Positions 1 to 12,810 of a stretch of 63,894 nucleotides of DNA are shown piece by piece. The translations under genes and the position numbers were made by a program. Each line of letters starts with the position of its first letter. Position 1 is the first letter of the stretch. The notes under the pieces were generated by a model that was not told the DNA's origin, searched no databases, and saw only the letters and a program-made list of their open reading frames with translations. This DNA is from Octopus bimaculoides (Eukaryota): positions 55,438,051 through 55,501,944 of the forward strand of contig NC_068995.1 in NCBI RefSeq assembly GCF_001194135.2, given 5' to 3'.

Positions 1-2
1 TA

Positions 3-38
<36 letters not shown>

Positions 39-110
39 TGTATGTATATGAACATATGTATTTATATTGATGTGTGTATGTATGCTTCTGCGTGTGTGTA
101 TGTGTGTGTG
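1..110. repeat. Compound (TA)/(TATG)/(TG) microsatellite
   Basis: Directly visible simple repeats. Confidence 0.95.
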
Positions 111-2119
111 TTGATGTGAATGTCTGCGTATGTGCATTTGCTTGATTACCGGATGAAATTCAAATTCCGTGATTAAAAATATTTTACAGCAACATATTAC
201 AATAGAAAATTAATAATCCGATTTCTATGAATATTTTGAAAATACATTTCTCCGCCTAATTTCGTTGCTACGAATTCTAGTAGAAAAGTATATGATATTA
301 GATTTATATTCAAGCGGGGTTTTTTTTTTCTATTTAAATTTAATGTACAATTCGAGTAGTTAATTGAAACTCAAATGCATTTTATATCGATGTTGGATAA
401 ACTTTCCTCTCGTAAATTTCATTTAATAATCCTTCGTGGTAGGTATTCAGCCTGTCGAAATATTAGAATATATTGTGATTTAAAACTAATGCAATATTTT
501 ACTATTGTAATGTTTAATGTTTGGGAGTTACTCCTCACTAGGTCGTAAGAATCTTAAGAGCACAGGCTCTTTATCACTGGAATATCAAGTGATATCACAT
601 ATCGGTTCATGAGAGACCTAGTTACTGAGATTGACTGGGTTCACTAAATGAGCAAGTTTTATGTATCCTGGGCTTACAGATAAAACAAGATTTTCGAATC
701 TAGTCGACTAAAACCGTGACTAAACAGCTGTAGAGGTTGATCTTAATGTCAGTGATATGTTGGAGTTGTGCAACAAACATTGTGCCGCCTCATGAGTAAA
801 AGTTTGAATGTATTTTAACAACTTTTATGCTATTAAAAGGGAGCGTAGTTCTTTCATATTTTACTTTCAAAACATTGTCTCATACCATGTCACTTGCCAG
901 GCAATTACAACTCCGGAATATTTCACAGAGGGCTAATGCCAATAACTCATGACTGTATACACACAGGAAGTCGGTCTTTTGTTTATATAACATAAGCAAT
1001 GCATTTTTCAGGAAAGAATATAGTTTATTCAATATTTATGAATACGTAACTGGAACTAAATTGATGGATTCACAGCTGGAAGAAATCAAACTTAAACTTG
1101 ATTGCATTTAAAATTTGAATGAAGCTACATCTAAATACTTATATATATTTAACGTAGGCAAACATGTAAGGAAATACGATATGGTTTAATTTTTTCCGCC
1201 GTAATATGTGACGTTATAAACATTTTAGTTTGCTAATGGCATGCATTAGGAATATACTTTGCACCGTAGAATTGCGGAGAAGTGCTTCGGGCTACATCAA
1301 TACCGTCTCCTTAAATGAATGTTGCTTCCTGTTATATGTGCGTTCCTTTACGGATATATATTCATCAACCCTGCACAACGTAGAAATCATAACCTAACCA
1401 GTGAAACTGTGAACTTAATCGATAGCCAAGTCATTTATTCGTTGCTTTTCTAGAGACTAAGTTCTATATATGCCATGCGTTGAACTTTAACTGCCGGCTG
1501 TAAGCAGAACCGAAAATGCTTTAGAATATGATAGCCCATCATATATTAATGGGTTCCATCTGCTGTGAGCCACACATAACAATTGTCTTCTGCAGAATCG
1601 TCGTATTTGCTCAAGTCTCTTTGTATAAACCGCCGGAAATCGTCTGAAATTCTGATTCAAGTTATTTGGTGTTTGATTAAAGGCGCAAACCAAATATAAA
1701 ACCGTAACCTTACCTGTGTTCACTCTGTCCATGTCTGCCTCTAACTAGATGTTATGATATCCAGCTTCTTTCTACAGTAACCCGGTAATACATTGGCAGC
1801 CTTTCTTATCACTCAAGCAGATTTTCTGCTTCTTTTTAAAAGGGCCATGGGCTCTACCGTCTTCCCTTTCTAAAGCCATAAATATTATTTACATTTAAAC
1901 TGCCAGAACATTGATGATATTAAATTCATTATATCATATTAATCTCTTCGTTTTTGAAGGGTGTTCACAATGCTTGAAAGTATCAAAACGAAAATATTTA
2001 CATTAGAAATTTGATATTTAATTGTACGATTTCATTATATTCCATCATACTTCATTATCTACGCAATAATTGTTGTTATGTAATCTACTCTAATAAAGTG
2101 GTTTTGTCGTTCTGTTTTC

Positions 2120-2139
2120 ATTATTATTATTATTATTAT

Positions 2140-2196
<57 letters not shown>
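2120..2196. repeat. (ATT)n-(AGT)n compound trinucleotide microsatellite
   Basis: Directly visible. Confidence 0.95.
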
Positions 2197-2198
<2 letters not shown>

Positions 2199-2640
2199 TC
2201 ATTTCAGCTCTCTCAAAGAAAACAATAATTAAAGAGTTGTCTTAATTTCAATCGTATTTTGTCACGTGAAATTTTACTTTCTTTGATGCTTCTCTATAAT
2301 CTTGTAACTTAAAAGGTGTGAGGTGTGACATGATCCATTCAAAGAGGAGCATTTGAATTATCTTGCAGAAAAATATTAAATATAAAGAAATAAGTGTCAA
2401 TGAAGAATAATAAACGCCTTAGCCATTTGTTGGCTATTTTATATCAAAAGCTGAAAACTATTATTTATATTTCTACGCTTTAATTATTTGTGGAAATAGG
2501 CAAACGATAAATTTTAATTACAGAACTTGTACATCGAGTTATATATTAGCTATACCATACCATAATTAATATCATTGTGATGTAACTGTTGTCTGCTTCC
2601 GTGCATTAGTTGTCTCTTCCAAATGTCACAATATATTTTT

Positions 2641-3034
2641 TATAAAAAGGCGAAGAGATATACGCGCCGCCCGAAAGCCAGTGTACTAAATGCAATATGG
2701 TTACGGTAAATAACTCGAAGTAGCGTTAGATATCCTATATACACATTCTCCTCGACACACGAACTATACGGCTAACGACCATGCGCACTTGCGACCGTAA
2801 AATATAAATAAATATAAGATAAATAAATAAAAACTCGATTTTTCGACGTTGGGCAGTTGTGGGTACTATACCTATGGCAGCAGATCCATGCATCCATTGC
2901 CTGCCACTGTCTGTCACTCAGTCGCTTTCAAGCATGAGTTACGTTTGAATGAAAATAGTGTTCTAAGATATAAATCCAACATAGGATCAGATTGACTTAT
3001 GACCTGTCAGTCGGAACGGAAATTGGTCGTAAGT
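2641..3034. promoter_or_regulatory. Putative promoter / first-exon region (direction unresolved)
   Basis: TATAAAA at 2641; about 18 CpG in the first 240 bp by manual count, dense for this window; Inr-like TCAGTC motifs near 2918 and 3007; + strand donor C|GTAAGT at 3029; - strand donor-like CATAG|GTATAG near 2872. Confidence 0.35.
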
Positions 3035-3283
3035 CGAGGAGGTGTTCATTGTTTTACATATGTACTATAAGTGAGTTAAATAAAGCGATTATTTGAAATC
3101 ATCCTCACAGTTAGAAGATAAACATGAATAAGGATGTTTCAAATCTCAACGCATACAAGGAAGATAACTCTACTGAAATTAGCTGTGTAAAATCCATTCA
3201 GAAATAAACAAGGCAAATATCAGCGACTCCATTAAAGCCATAATATGTGACTAGAACGATTCCATGATATTACATAGAATAAA

Positions 3284-3488
3284 GGCGGCGAGCTGGCAGA
3301 AACGTTAGCACGCCGGGCGAAATGCTTAGCGGTGTTTCGTTCTAAGTTCAAATTCCGCCGAAGTCGTCTTTACCTTTCATCCTTCCGGGTCGATAAATTA
3401 AGTATCGGTTGCGTACTGGGGTCGATATAATCGTCAGGCCCCTCCCCATAAATTTCGGGCCTTGTGCCTAGAGTAGAAAAGGATATTA
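3284..3488 (+). mobile_element. tRNA-derived SINE, family A, near full length
   Basis: Pol III A-box-like TGGCAGAAACG (3294) and B-box GTTCAAATTCC (3346); central CCTTTCATCC..GGGTCGATAAATTAAG segment; 3' GGCCTTGTGCCTAGAGTAGAAAAGG. Closely similar to 25248-25453 apart from a short internal deletion. Confidence 0.9.
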
Positions 3489-4209
3489 TATAAAATATTA
3501 TATACTCAAAAATGAGTTCTAGTGACAAGTATCTGATCTGTCAATTACTCATTAATTTTTAGTAGGAATATTTGTTATGGTGTCTGATTGGTCTAACAAT
3601 CTCATGTTCTTTGTGAGTTAGATGTCTTCCCCGCACATACAGCGTGGGACATTCGTGTTTCGATAGAAACCATAAATATTCACTTCAAAATCTATCCCCT
3701 TGCTTGAATGGCTAATTCTTCTTCCCATATTTGGAATCAATTTTGTCTAGAATTGTACATAAGTCTCTATACACATATGTCTTCATGAGTGAATCGATTA
3801 CAATCTTTCTGAAAACATAAATCATATTTGTGATTCTTGGTTTTTGCTTTTTTCCAAAATGTCACATGCGTAGGTCGATTTCGTAATATATTCATCTTTC
3901 CAATACTGCAAACTATAATACACAGAACTGAAGCGGTTGCAGATAAATCTATATCCCATACGTCTTTATGTTTTACCTTTCAATTTATCTTCTTTTCAAA
4001 ACGGGTGTTTTGGTACAAATAGTCAGCGCATCACTATATCCCTTACACTCTATTCTTTTGCTCGTATATATTTCGGATTCCGATCTAGCAATGTTGAATT
4101 TGTCATTCAGCTCTAAGGAATCGATAGAATAATTATCTGTCATGAACTGGACTAAATCAATCCTCCGTAACCCTTTCTCTATAAGCTTGTGGCCTTGTGC
4201 TACTACCAC

Positions 4210-4361
4210 GTATATATGTGTATGTGCGCGTGTGTGAGTGTATGTGTATTATACATATGCCATATACATAGATATGTATATATAGGCTTATATAAGTATA
4301 TACATATATACGTATATACATAGATATACATGTAAATGTATATGTGTAAACATATAAATAC

Positions 4362-4425
<64 letters not shown>

Positions 4426-4465
4426 ATGTGTGTCTGTATACATACATACATACATATGCATACAC
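4210..4465. repeat. Compound (TG)/(TA)/(AG)/(CATA) microsatellite
   Basis: Directly visible; source of the spurious YI/SL ORFs. Confidence 0.95.
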
Positions 4466-5351
4466 ATAAATAACCACCAGCCCTTTTATCTATCAATCGA
4501 CTTATTTATGTTTTGCGGGGTCGGTATTGGGTTTGCTGGTGTCCAGTGCAACAACGGTGTTTCGCCAAGTTTCTCGAAAGCAACGCGCAACCAATATCAC
4601 ATTAATGTATACTTCGGCAGTAGACCTGGCTTTACACGCTAATTATTAATGAAGGCAAACTCGGTTCTAGTGAAGATTGTTTTATATTAATAGTTGTCTC
4701 CATTCCATTTGTTATATTAATTGTTGATATGTGTTTAGGCAGTCGGGTCAGAGTGGTTGCCGTCCTTGCGAACTAGAAACATTATGGTGTGTTTTCAAGG
4801 AAGATATTATATCGCAGGAGACAGTGTGATTGAAACGTATATTAGAGAGTGTGATTAGTCTAACTATATCTGACATGCACTGTTTCAGGGCAATGAAGTG
4901 ATATTCTAAGAACCGGTTGCCTCATTGATTAGGCGCAACTGATATTGATTTCCCACTTGATGACTGTGTGCTTGCGGTGGTGAACTTGAAGAAGAATTTG
5001 TTTCGAAAGAGATTTACGTCGTGTTTGTATGATGGATACAAACGTGTTTAAAATATGAAGAATTTTACAGCGAGTTTATGATTATGCGTTTATATTTAAG
5101 ATGGTCGTTCTGTAAACAAAGTTCATAGATACCCTGTTGGAAAGGCTGTACAAAAATAAGCTCCAATGCGGGCGTGCTTGCAGAATGTGGAATGTACAAA
5201 ATAAGTGTTCGTGCTTTGGATGAAGTTCTTGTGAAAGCAGCGCTATATTATATCGGTCCAGTTTATAGAGAGGAGCCTTCTTTTCAAGCTTCTACGGTGT
5301 ATTCTTTTTCCGTGCATCTACAATATATATATATATATTGAATAACGTGAG

Positions 5352-5575
5352 CGTAGTGGACGCCAATCTGTCTTCGATGACGGTCAATTAAAGACCGTCA
5401 TTGACAAAGATGCACGCAAAACCACTCAAGAACTGGAAAAAAATTTCAGGTTAGCCAGACACCTTCCAGTAACCATTTCCATGCGATCGGAAAATTAAAA
5501 AAAGCTCGACAAATGGGTACCACACGATGTGAGTGGAAATCAGAAAATGCTCAGATATGAAACCAATTTGTTTTA
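5352..5575 (+). mobile_element. Decayed mariner transposase fragment (HTH and linker region)
   Basis: Reads RSGRQSVFDDGQLKTVIDKDARKTTQELEK..(frameshift)..VSQTPSSNHFHAIGK..KKLDKWVPHDVSGNQK. RSGR(P) and WVPH(E)L are diagnostic mariner motifs; frameshifts and a stop show it is dead. Confidence 0.85.
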
Positions 5576-5579
5576 GATC

Positions 5580-5790
5580 CTGGCTTTCTTGTGACACATA
5601 TTGTGATATCATTTGTGATCCAATGTGTTTCAGGTGTTAGCTCTCTTGCGATTCATCCAGTTGCAACTCTCATTTCTCTAATGACGAATAGCGTTCTAAT
5701 GACTTCTGACATACTGAGTTACAGTTCTGTAATGTTTAGTACTGCAGTTGCACTGTGCAGTGGTGATCGTAATTTTGGATAAATTCGTAC
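5580..5790 (-). mobile_element. Second, more diverged mariner-like transposase fragment
   Basis: Minus strand reads ..IREMRVATG*IARELTPETHWITNDITIC, alignable to the mariner linker (MRKV.ARWVPRELT) if the TGA replaces the Trp codon. Confidence 0.5.
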
Positions 5791-6036
5791 GACATGAGAC
5801 TAAGAGAAGTCCGACGTTACGGAAGTGTTCCTTTTGCCTCAAAAATTATATCCAACAAATATTTTTCTCTCAAATGAAGGATTAGTCTTTAAACATTGAG
5901 ATTATTCTTCTCGCCTACGATATATGCTCTAATTAACTTTTGCACTTTTCAATTTGTACTATTTAACTGCACTTTAGTATCTTTGTCGGTGTATATCATC
6001 ATCAGTTTCTCTTTTACAGGATTTAACTAAGATGTG

Positions 6037-6157
6037 ATGAAAAGCTCCTTTATGCTAGCCCTTTTACTGATTATTGTAGTGAAGTGTACGCCATTAGGGT
6101 CTGTATTTACAAGTGATTCGACTGTGTCTGGAATAGCTCAAGCATTTAAAAAAGCAC
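6037..6157 (+). CDS. Candidate first coding exon of a secreted protein (signal peptide), product unknown
   Basis: Strong acceptor TTTCTCTTTTACAG|G (exon from 6020), ATG at 6037, MKSSFMLALLLIIVVKCTPLGSVFTSDSTVSGIAQAFKKA, phase-1 donor CAC|GTAAAC at 6158. No homology recognised; hydrophobic N-termini arise easily in AT-rich DNA. Confidence 0.35.
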
Positions 6158-7100
6158 GTAAACTAGCAACAATTAACCAAATATGGATCATGAACACTTT
6201 CGTCGTCAGTCCAGTTCCCCATCCACTTGCTCAACTGCCATTCTTTAACATTTGCATAGCTGGTTTTCTTTGCCAAGAGACAACGATCTTGTGGGAATAC
6301 ATGAACAAAATACACAAAGTGAAATGTCAACAATTATGAATGGAGACCACATTACATCATTCACAAACTGAGAGGTTCGTTTCTCTGAATATTATTAGAG
6401 TAGTTGGTGGGGTGCATTTTCTTCCGTGCAAATAAACTCCCGAGCAGAACGTCACTCTTCATTCTGAGTGTGTCGTGTCGTTTAACATCTTCATTATTAT
6501 CTTTCATTTAACGTAAAATATGTTTCCGCCCAATCATTAGAATATGTTTTCTCCTTCTTTATCTTCAAAGTTATTTTACTTTGTACAGTTTTTCACTGCT
6601 CCAGCGGGAATGAAGTCAAATGGAAGAGAAACATAAACACACATAAACTTGTTTCCATTTTTCTTATCATATACCTAAAACCAGACATTACTTGCTTCTT
6701 TCCAGGTGTTAAGACGAAATCTACGCTTTCTAAATCGCCCGAAAAGTAAACGTGGCAAAACATTATTACAAGCCCAGTGGAACAAGAAGAAGCACATCAC
6801 CCAAATTAATAACAATAATAATAATAATTCATGATACATCTAGTGATAGTGTCTCAATAAAAACACTGGTAATTGCGCAACCTGATAATTGCTACCTCAT
6901 ATGAATGACAATGAAAAAAATATATTGTGAATAATGGTGGTAATGAAACTGAAGCCCTTGATGGTTACAGTGTTAGACTAGGCAGACTCAGAGATACTGG
7001 TCCGACTCCAGTCTGTCGTTATGCAGCAAGCGACCAGCACACACGGCGTAGAAGGAACTAACAAACCAATACCATGGTCATGGAGCGTTACTACCTGAGC

Positions 7101-7215
7101 AAAGGATGAAAGGTAAAGTCGACCTAGGAGAGATTTGAACGCAGAACGTGAAGACAGACGAAATGCCGCTATGCATTTCGTCCAGCGTGCTAACGATCCT
7201 GCCTGCTCGCCACCT
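7101..7215 (-). mobile_element. Family A SINE, 5' half
   Basis: Reverse complement GGTGGCGAGCAGGCAGGATCGTTAGCACGCTGG..GTTCAAATC..GGTCGACTTTACCTTTCATCCTTT matches the 3284 and 25248 copies. Confidence 0.85.
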
Positions 7216-7244
7216 TAATAATAATAACAACAACTGCAACAGCA

Positions 7245-7275
<31 letters not shown>

Positions 7276-8038
7276 CGGCGTGGAAGGAGAAGACTTTCTA
7301 CCATAAACACTGATTATGAAAAACAAGAAAAATAACAGATATAATGATATAAGTATCATCATTGTTGTTGTTGTTGCTATTAATATTTATTGTTGATGTT
7401 GTTGTCACTGTTAATAATAATAATTACTTATTACTGGTAATTTACTTTTGCACTATTAATTTTTATGTACTGACATTTTTCCTTTTGTAATGTATTAATG
7501 CATAAAAGCTTTTATACTCATTTCCATCTCTTTCGCCTTCTCTCTTTCCATCTCTCTTCGTCTCTCTAATCTATCCTGTCTCTCTCACCGCATCACTCTT
7601 TCCTCCTTTCTCTCTATTTCTTTCTCTTCATCTCTTCTCCTTCTGCTTCCACTATTATATCTTTTTTTGCTTTTTGTTTCTTTTTGCTTTTTTTTATTTT
7701 GTTTTGGCGGTGGGGGTTTGCATTATCTCTATATTCTGACTCACTTTTCTCTTTCATTACAATTTTTCCTCGTAAAACATTCAAATAATGGAAATATATA
7801 CACATAATTTTCACTCATTGTTTTGTTTCTTTCCTTTTTAATTGTAGTTCTTGATGTTGTTGCTGTATTTACCTTCCATTCTTCTAATATTACATATATC
7901 CTCTTTCATAATTTATATTATTCGACTTATTAATACAGATCTCTACACACAGAAAAACATTTCAAAACTTAATTACACTTATTGAATTTTATTTTCACAT
8001 TGATTATTATATTACGTGTACCATCATTCTAATTTTCA

Positions 8039-8065
8039 TTCTTCTTCTTCTTCTTCTTCTTCTTC

Positions 8066-8126
<61 letters not shown>

Positions 8127-8190
8127 CATCATTGTTATTATCATTATCATTATTTTTATTATTATTATCACTATTTTTATTAAGTCAGAA
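8039..8190. repeat. (CTT)n-(ATT)n-(ATC)n compound microsatellite
   Basis: Directly visible. Confidence 0.95.
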
Positions 8191-8234
8191 ATCATTATTT
8201 AAAAAATATGAAAGAATTCGTATTTAATTATGTT

Positions 8235-8265
<31 letters not shown>

Positions 8266-8710
8266 GGCTGTGTGTGTGTGCGCGTGTGAGTGTATATGTG
8301 CGTATCTGCCTGTGTCTGTGTATTTATGTGTGTGGGTGGTGTGTGTGTCTGTCTGTGTGCGTGTCTGTGTGAGCGCATATTTATATGCACATATGTACGT
8401 ACAATCATGGTTATTGCTCGGGAATCACTCCAGCAATCATCAATGCATTATTATTTTGCCACAATGTTTTACAATTTTCTATTTATATTTCAACTCATAT
8501 GCCCTGCTATTGTTATCAGCACTTAGTTCTCTTGTACCAAAAACCAAAGACCTTTGAATGAATTGCAAATCATTCAGGATATTAATTTTCTTACTTAAAT
8601 TCCTAGAGAACCGAGTTCCTATCTGATGTCTCTACATCTTTGTCGGTCTTCATCTCTCTGCTTATCATTTTATAAGTCTCTCTCCTTATACCTACACACC
8701 CACCCACACC

Positions 8711-8748
<38 letters not shown>

Positions 8749-8874
8749 NNNNNNNNNNNNNNNNNNNNNNNNNNNNNNNNNNNTGTGTGTGTTTGTTTAT
8801 TTTCACTGTCCTGTTAGTGTTGCAAATTTTGACCCTTCGTAAAATCCCAAATATTATTTAATTTGCTTTGCAGG

Positions 8875-9070
8875 AGCAACTGTTTTATCGAAAGCGTATA
8901 TTGTTGGTAAAGGCTCGAAATACGAGACTAGAAAAACAGCCAACGACTGATGAAGGGTCGTTCTTTATGTTCTTTGTTTTGTTTTCCATTTGTGTCTTTC
9001 GTTGTTCGGAAGAATACTTCATGTTCCATGTACTCGTGCTTCGTACGTTTCTATTGTACACATTTCGTAA
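8875..9070 (+). mobile_element. Probable Penelope-like element end (decayed)
   Basis: GGCTCGAAA motif similar to 57095-57103, a CTGATGA hammerhead-like core at 8946 and a T-rich downstream tract. Confidence 0.3.
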
Positions 9071-9210
9071 CGCCTTGTACCCACATATGCATATATATAT
9101 ACGTATAGATGTAAGTATGTACATATACGTATATATATATGCATGCGTGTATGTGTGTATGTGTGTGTGCATGTATGTATGTGTGTATGTCTTTATGTCT
9201 TTCTTTGTCG

Positions 9211-9405
9211 CTCTCCACCGCTTGATAACTGTTGGTGTGTTTACGTCCATGTAACTTAGCCGTTCGGCAAAAGAGACTAATACAATAAGTAGTAGGCTTT
9301 AAAAAATAAGTGAGCTCTGTGGTCGATCCGTTCGATTAAAACCCTTGAAGGCTGTGCCCCAGCATCGCCGCAGTCAAATGACAAACGAGTAAAGCATAAA
9401 AAGAG
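9211..9405 (+). mobile_element. Family B SINE, 3' half
   Basis: Aligns to 61610-61800 (GGTGTGTTTACGTCC..TTCGGCAAAAGAGA..CAGCAT..GCAGTCAAATGAC); preceded by the (TA/TG) linker microsatellite. Confidence 0.85.
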
Positions 9406-11369
9406 AAGAGCAGGTGGATGAATATGAGATATGTTTGCGTTCGAACACAGAGGAAGAGAATAACGAATTAAGAGAGAGAAAATGTGTTAATGAAAAGTAA
9501 ATCAAAAGAAATACAAAAAATAAGAAATTACTGACGGCAGACATCATGACACACTAAATGGCTGACACATTGGGAGAGGGAAAAAAACAGCAACCGAACC
9601 ACGGTGACAAAGAGGGAAAGCATAAGACGCAGAATTATTTTATTTGTTTCGAAAGTTTGTTTTTTGCGTACGTGAAAGTATTTCAGATCTAAAACATTAA
9701 AGCATTAAAAAGAACTAATTCTGTCCTGAGGTTAGATGCACTGTTATCAACTATCAATAAGCAGTTAATAGAAAGCATTGGTAAATATTCTTCGGATATT
9801 GTTGACAATTCATATATTTGTAGGTATATGTACAAACATACACACACACACGTTTGTGCGTGTTTATGTGTGTGTGTTTCTGTACGTGTGTGTTCGTGTC
9901 TGTGTGTGTGCGTACGTGTGTGTGTGAGTGTGCATTTTTTCCTATGGATTGCTGAATAGCTCTGCCAAATTACCAGGAATTTTTCTAAGTGAGCTGTTTT
10001 GCCAAAGAAACACGTAGGTACTTCTAATTAATTTGCCGAGATATATTTGATTCCTTCTCTATTATATTGCTACATATATACACGCATATGGGTACATATG
10101 CATAAAAATATATAAATATATATATTTTCGTATAAATATGCAATCACACACATACACACACACACACACACACACGTTGATACTAACAAGTTTTATTTTG
10201 AAATAGTTTGTGACAGCAACAATTGCTGCTGTCACATTTGGCTGTCAGAAATTGTTGAATTCAAAACGTATTGTCCTCTAAAAAATGGAATATACTGCCG
10301 CACTATGGCGTAGTTTATGCTGTATCTAAACAGATTCTACTAGGTTCTTGTACAGAATGAAATATTTAATGATCAGATACATTAGCACATGTTCAAGGGA
10401 GTCTACTAATTTGCTGGAGAAATGTGATTTATTAGTCATTGTTTCCGACTCTCTGTACGGCTCAAGGAGTCATATTAATCGGATTAGATGTCAGGAAGGG
10501 GCGCGTTTCTACATGGAATCTATAGGAAAGCGATTTAAAAATATTGAAACTGTATCTGTTTCAGGTGCAAATCTTTTCGATGATGATTGAAAACAGGCGG
10601 CTTCTGAAAAGTAATTGTAAGTTTTATTACAACACACTGAAAGATTTACGAATCTGTCCATTGATTTCTGTATAATCGTGTACCAGGCTGGATAGCGTTA
10701 GATAAATACCTGACGGTGAGGGTAAATGGTTGACTACATCGAGACGTTTCGAACAAATGTCTTCATCCAAAGTTTAGCCGACCGACATACTTAATGTGGG
10801 TAGTTTCATTTATTGATATGCATGGTTTGATAATAGGTGCAAAACATTTGATGCAAAGTGTACTCGGTGTAGCTTCGACCAGATATACTAGGCATTCTAG
10901 GAGAGAGTTGCCCAATAAGAAAAAAGTATTGCCTCGATTAGTCTTACGATTAGTCTTACGATTATGTTTGGCAGATTAAATATTAGAATTAGAAATGATC
11001 ATTGCTCTTTCTTAAATATGTTTTTAATATCCGTATGAGGGTCAATCATATAAATATTTAAGGAAGCTGTTACAGATAGTTCAGGATGCCTACTACTTCA
11101 GACATCGTTATCAGTCCCGAAGTAATGCGAAAGATACTGAAAACGATATAATTAAGTTGCTGGTAACTGAAAAACTTCAGAAAGCTACAAAGATTATATG
11201 TAAAGTTGGGAGAAGAGAGATCTGGGCTAGAATAACTAAGTTTAAACGAAAATATTCCGTGGAAGTAATTGACAAAGGAAGCTTTTACCTAACTGCAGAC
11301 TACTTGAAATAAATTGTACTTAAGATAGAAGCGAATGGGTTACAGACAGAATTATATTTTTTTCCGCAG

Positions 11370-11383
11370 CAGAAAAATACAAG
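11370..11383 (+). other. Candidate micro-exon (14 nt, or 11 nt from the NAGNAG acceptor)
   Basis: TTTTTTTCCGCAG|CAG|AAAAATACAAG|GTATGT. Confidence 0.2.
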
Positions 11384-12219
11384 GTATGTAGGAGGTGATG
11401 TATCGGATCAATACTAGACAATACTACCGTATATTAGTGTTGAAACATTTCTATAACTCTACAGACTGTTTCCATAAAATAATGGTTTCATTCAATTATG
11501 CACAATTAACCAGTATTTTGAAAGATGGGGAATGTTATGTCGCGCTGTTCATTCAGTATTTTCCAAACAATATTAAAGGCATTCGTGAACTGAAAAAGTC
11601 TCCACTGTTCATTAAAGAACGTTGATATCTCAGTTTGCCAGAAGCTATATATATTTTGCCTATATACCATTGGTCACAAGATATGAGGTTTAGAAATGTT
11701 ATTATCTTTAATGTATTTTGGTTTCACCCTTCTTTTCTCAAAACAGGCACTTATTTTAAAACTGATTTGGTTTGGAAGAAAATGGTTTTTTTTCACCTTT
11801 ATCATTGATCCCCATTAACAAATTCTGCAATCATAAATTTAAGCTAAAATCTGTGTGCAAGAATGTTAATGTATGTATTTTTGTATTCCCGCATGCATTT
11901 CATGGGTGTTTGTGTGGCTGTGAGTGTGCAAATGACCGTATGTGTGTATGTGTTTATGGGCGTAAGTAAACTTAACTAAACCATTATAATCTGTGCAAAA
12001 GTATGCCGCATACATCCGAGCAAGGATCTTTTACTTTTGCAACGATTACAATGTGTGTTTGTGTGATTTGCAAATAATTACAAATGTAATTGGGTCTTCA
12101 CACATCTTTGCAAACAAGAGTCGATCAGTTTAATAAGTTTTTGCACATAAAGGCAGAAATATGCACTCGTTCATTTAGATGTGTTCATATGCACGCATTC
12201 ACTCAGGATAGTCTATGTA

Positions 12220-12377
12220 TGTATGTGTGTATGGATGGATGGATGGATGGATGGATGGATGGATGGATGGATGGATGAACGGATGGATGGGTGGATGTGT
12301 GTATGTCATTATTCAGTTTATTTCAAGATCTCAAACTCCTTCATTGGAATTTCAACATCAACAACAGGGTATGTATG

Positions 12378-12408
<31 letters not shown>

Positions 12409-12410
12409 TG
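12220..12410. repeat. (GGAT)n and (GTAT)n tetranucleotide arrays
   Basis: Directly visible. Confidence 0.9.
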
Positions 12411-12661
12411 TCGTGGTGTGTATGTATCGGGTATGACTTTAAACTGCATCTTGAAGGGAGTCTCGGGTTCAATACTTCCAGGTATTGAGACGTGAGGAAC
12501 CACATCTTAGGCCTTATTGATCCCAGGCCGACTCTAACTCGACTAATATCACCTGTAAAAGAGTCCCAGTTATGAGTTAACTAGCTTATATGATGACACT
12601 CTATCTCAGCGCGGTGACGCAGAAATATCCTTTGTTGGTGTCAGGGTAAGCTGTAAAAGTC

Positions 12662-12726
12662 TTTAAGGCGACGCTCCAGCATGGATGCGGTTAAATGACT
12701 GAAACAAGTAAAAGAATAGAAGAATA
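12662..12726 (+). mobile_element. Family B SINE, 3' tail only
   Basis: AAGGCGACGCTCCAGCATGG..AAATGACTGAAACAAGTAAAAGA matches 61741-61800. Confidence 0.8.
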
Positions 12727-12752
12727 GAAAAAACGTATATAACACACATCAA

Positions 12753-12810
<58 letters not shown>

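Noticed and set aside
4680-5330. Possible LINE endonuclease-RT linker on the minus strand (..LLSINWTDII..)
   Set aside because: Similarity too weak to classify by eye.
6195-6215. Minus-strand CTGACGA-C-GAAA hammerhead-like string (also CTGAAGA near 15511)
   Set aside because: No stem II and no valid NUH triplet.
6160-6285. Minus-strand reading DRCLLAKKTSYANVKEWQLSKWMGNWTDDESVHDPYL, Tc1-like W..W..WxDES
   Set aside because: No flanking Tc1 motifs in any frame and a weak donor; kept only as an alternative explanation for the 6037 ORF region.
10330-11340. Unique-looking segment with short ORFs, possibly an old retroelement
   Set aside because: No recognisable RT or GIY-YIG motif in any frame.
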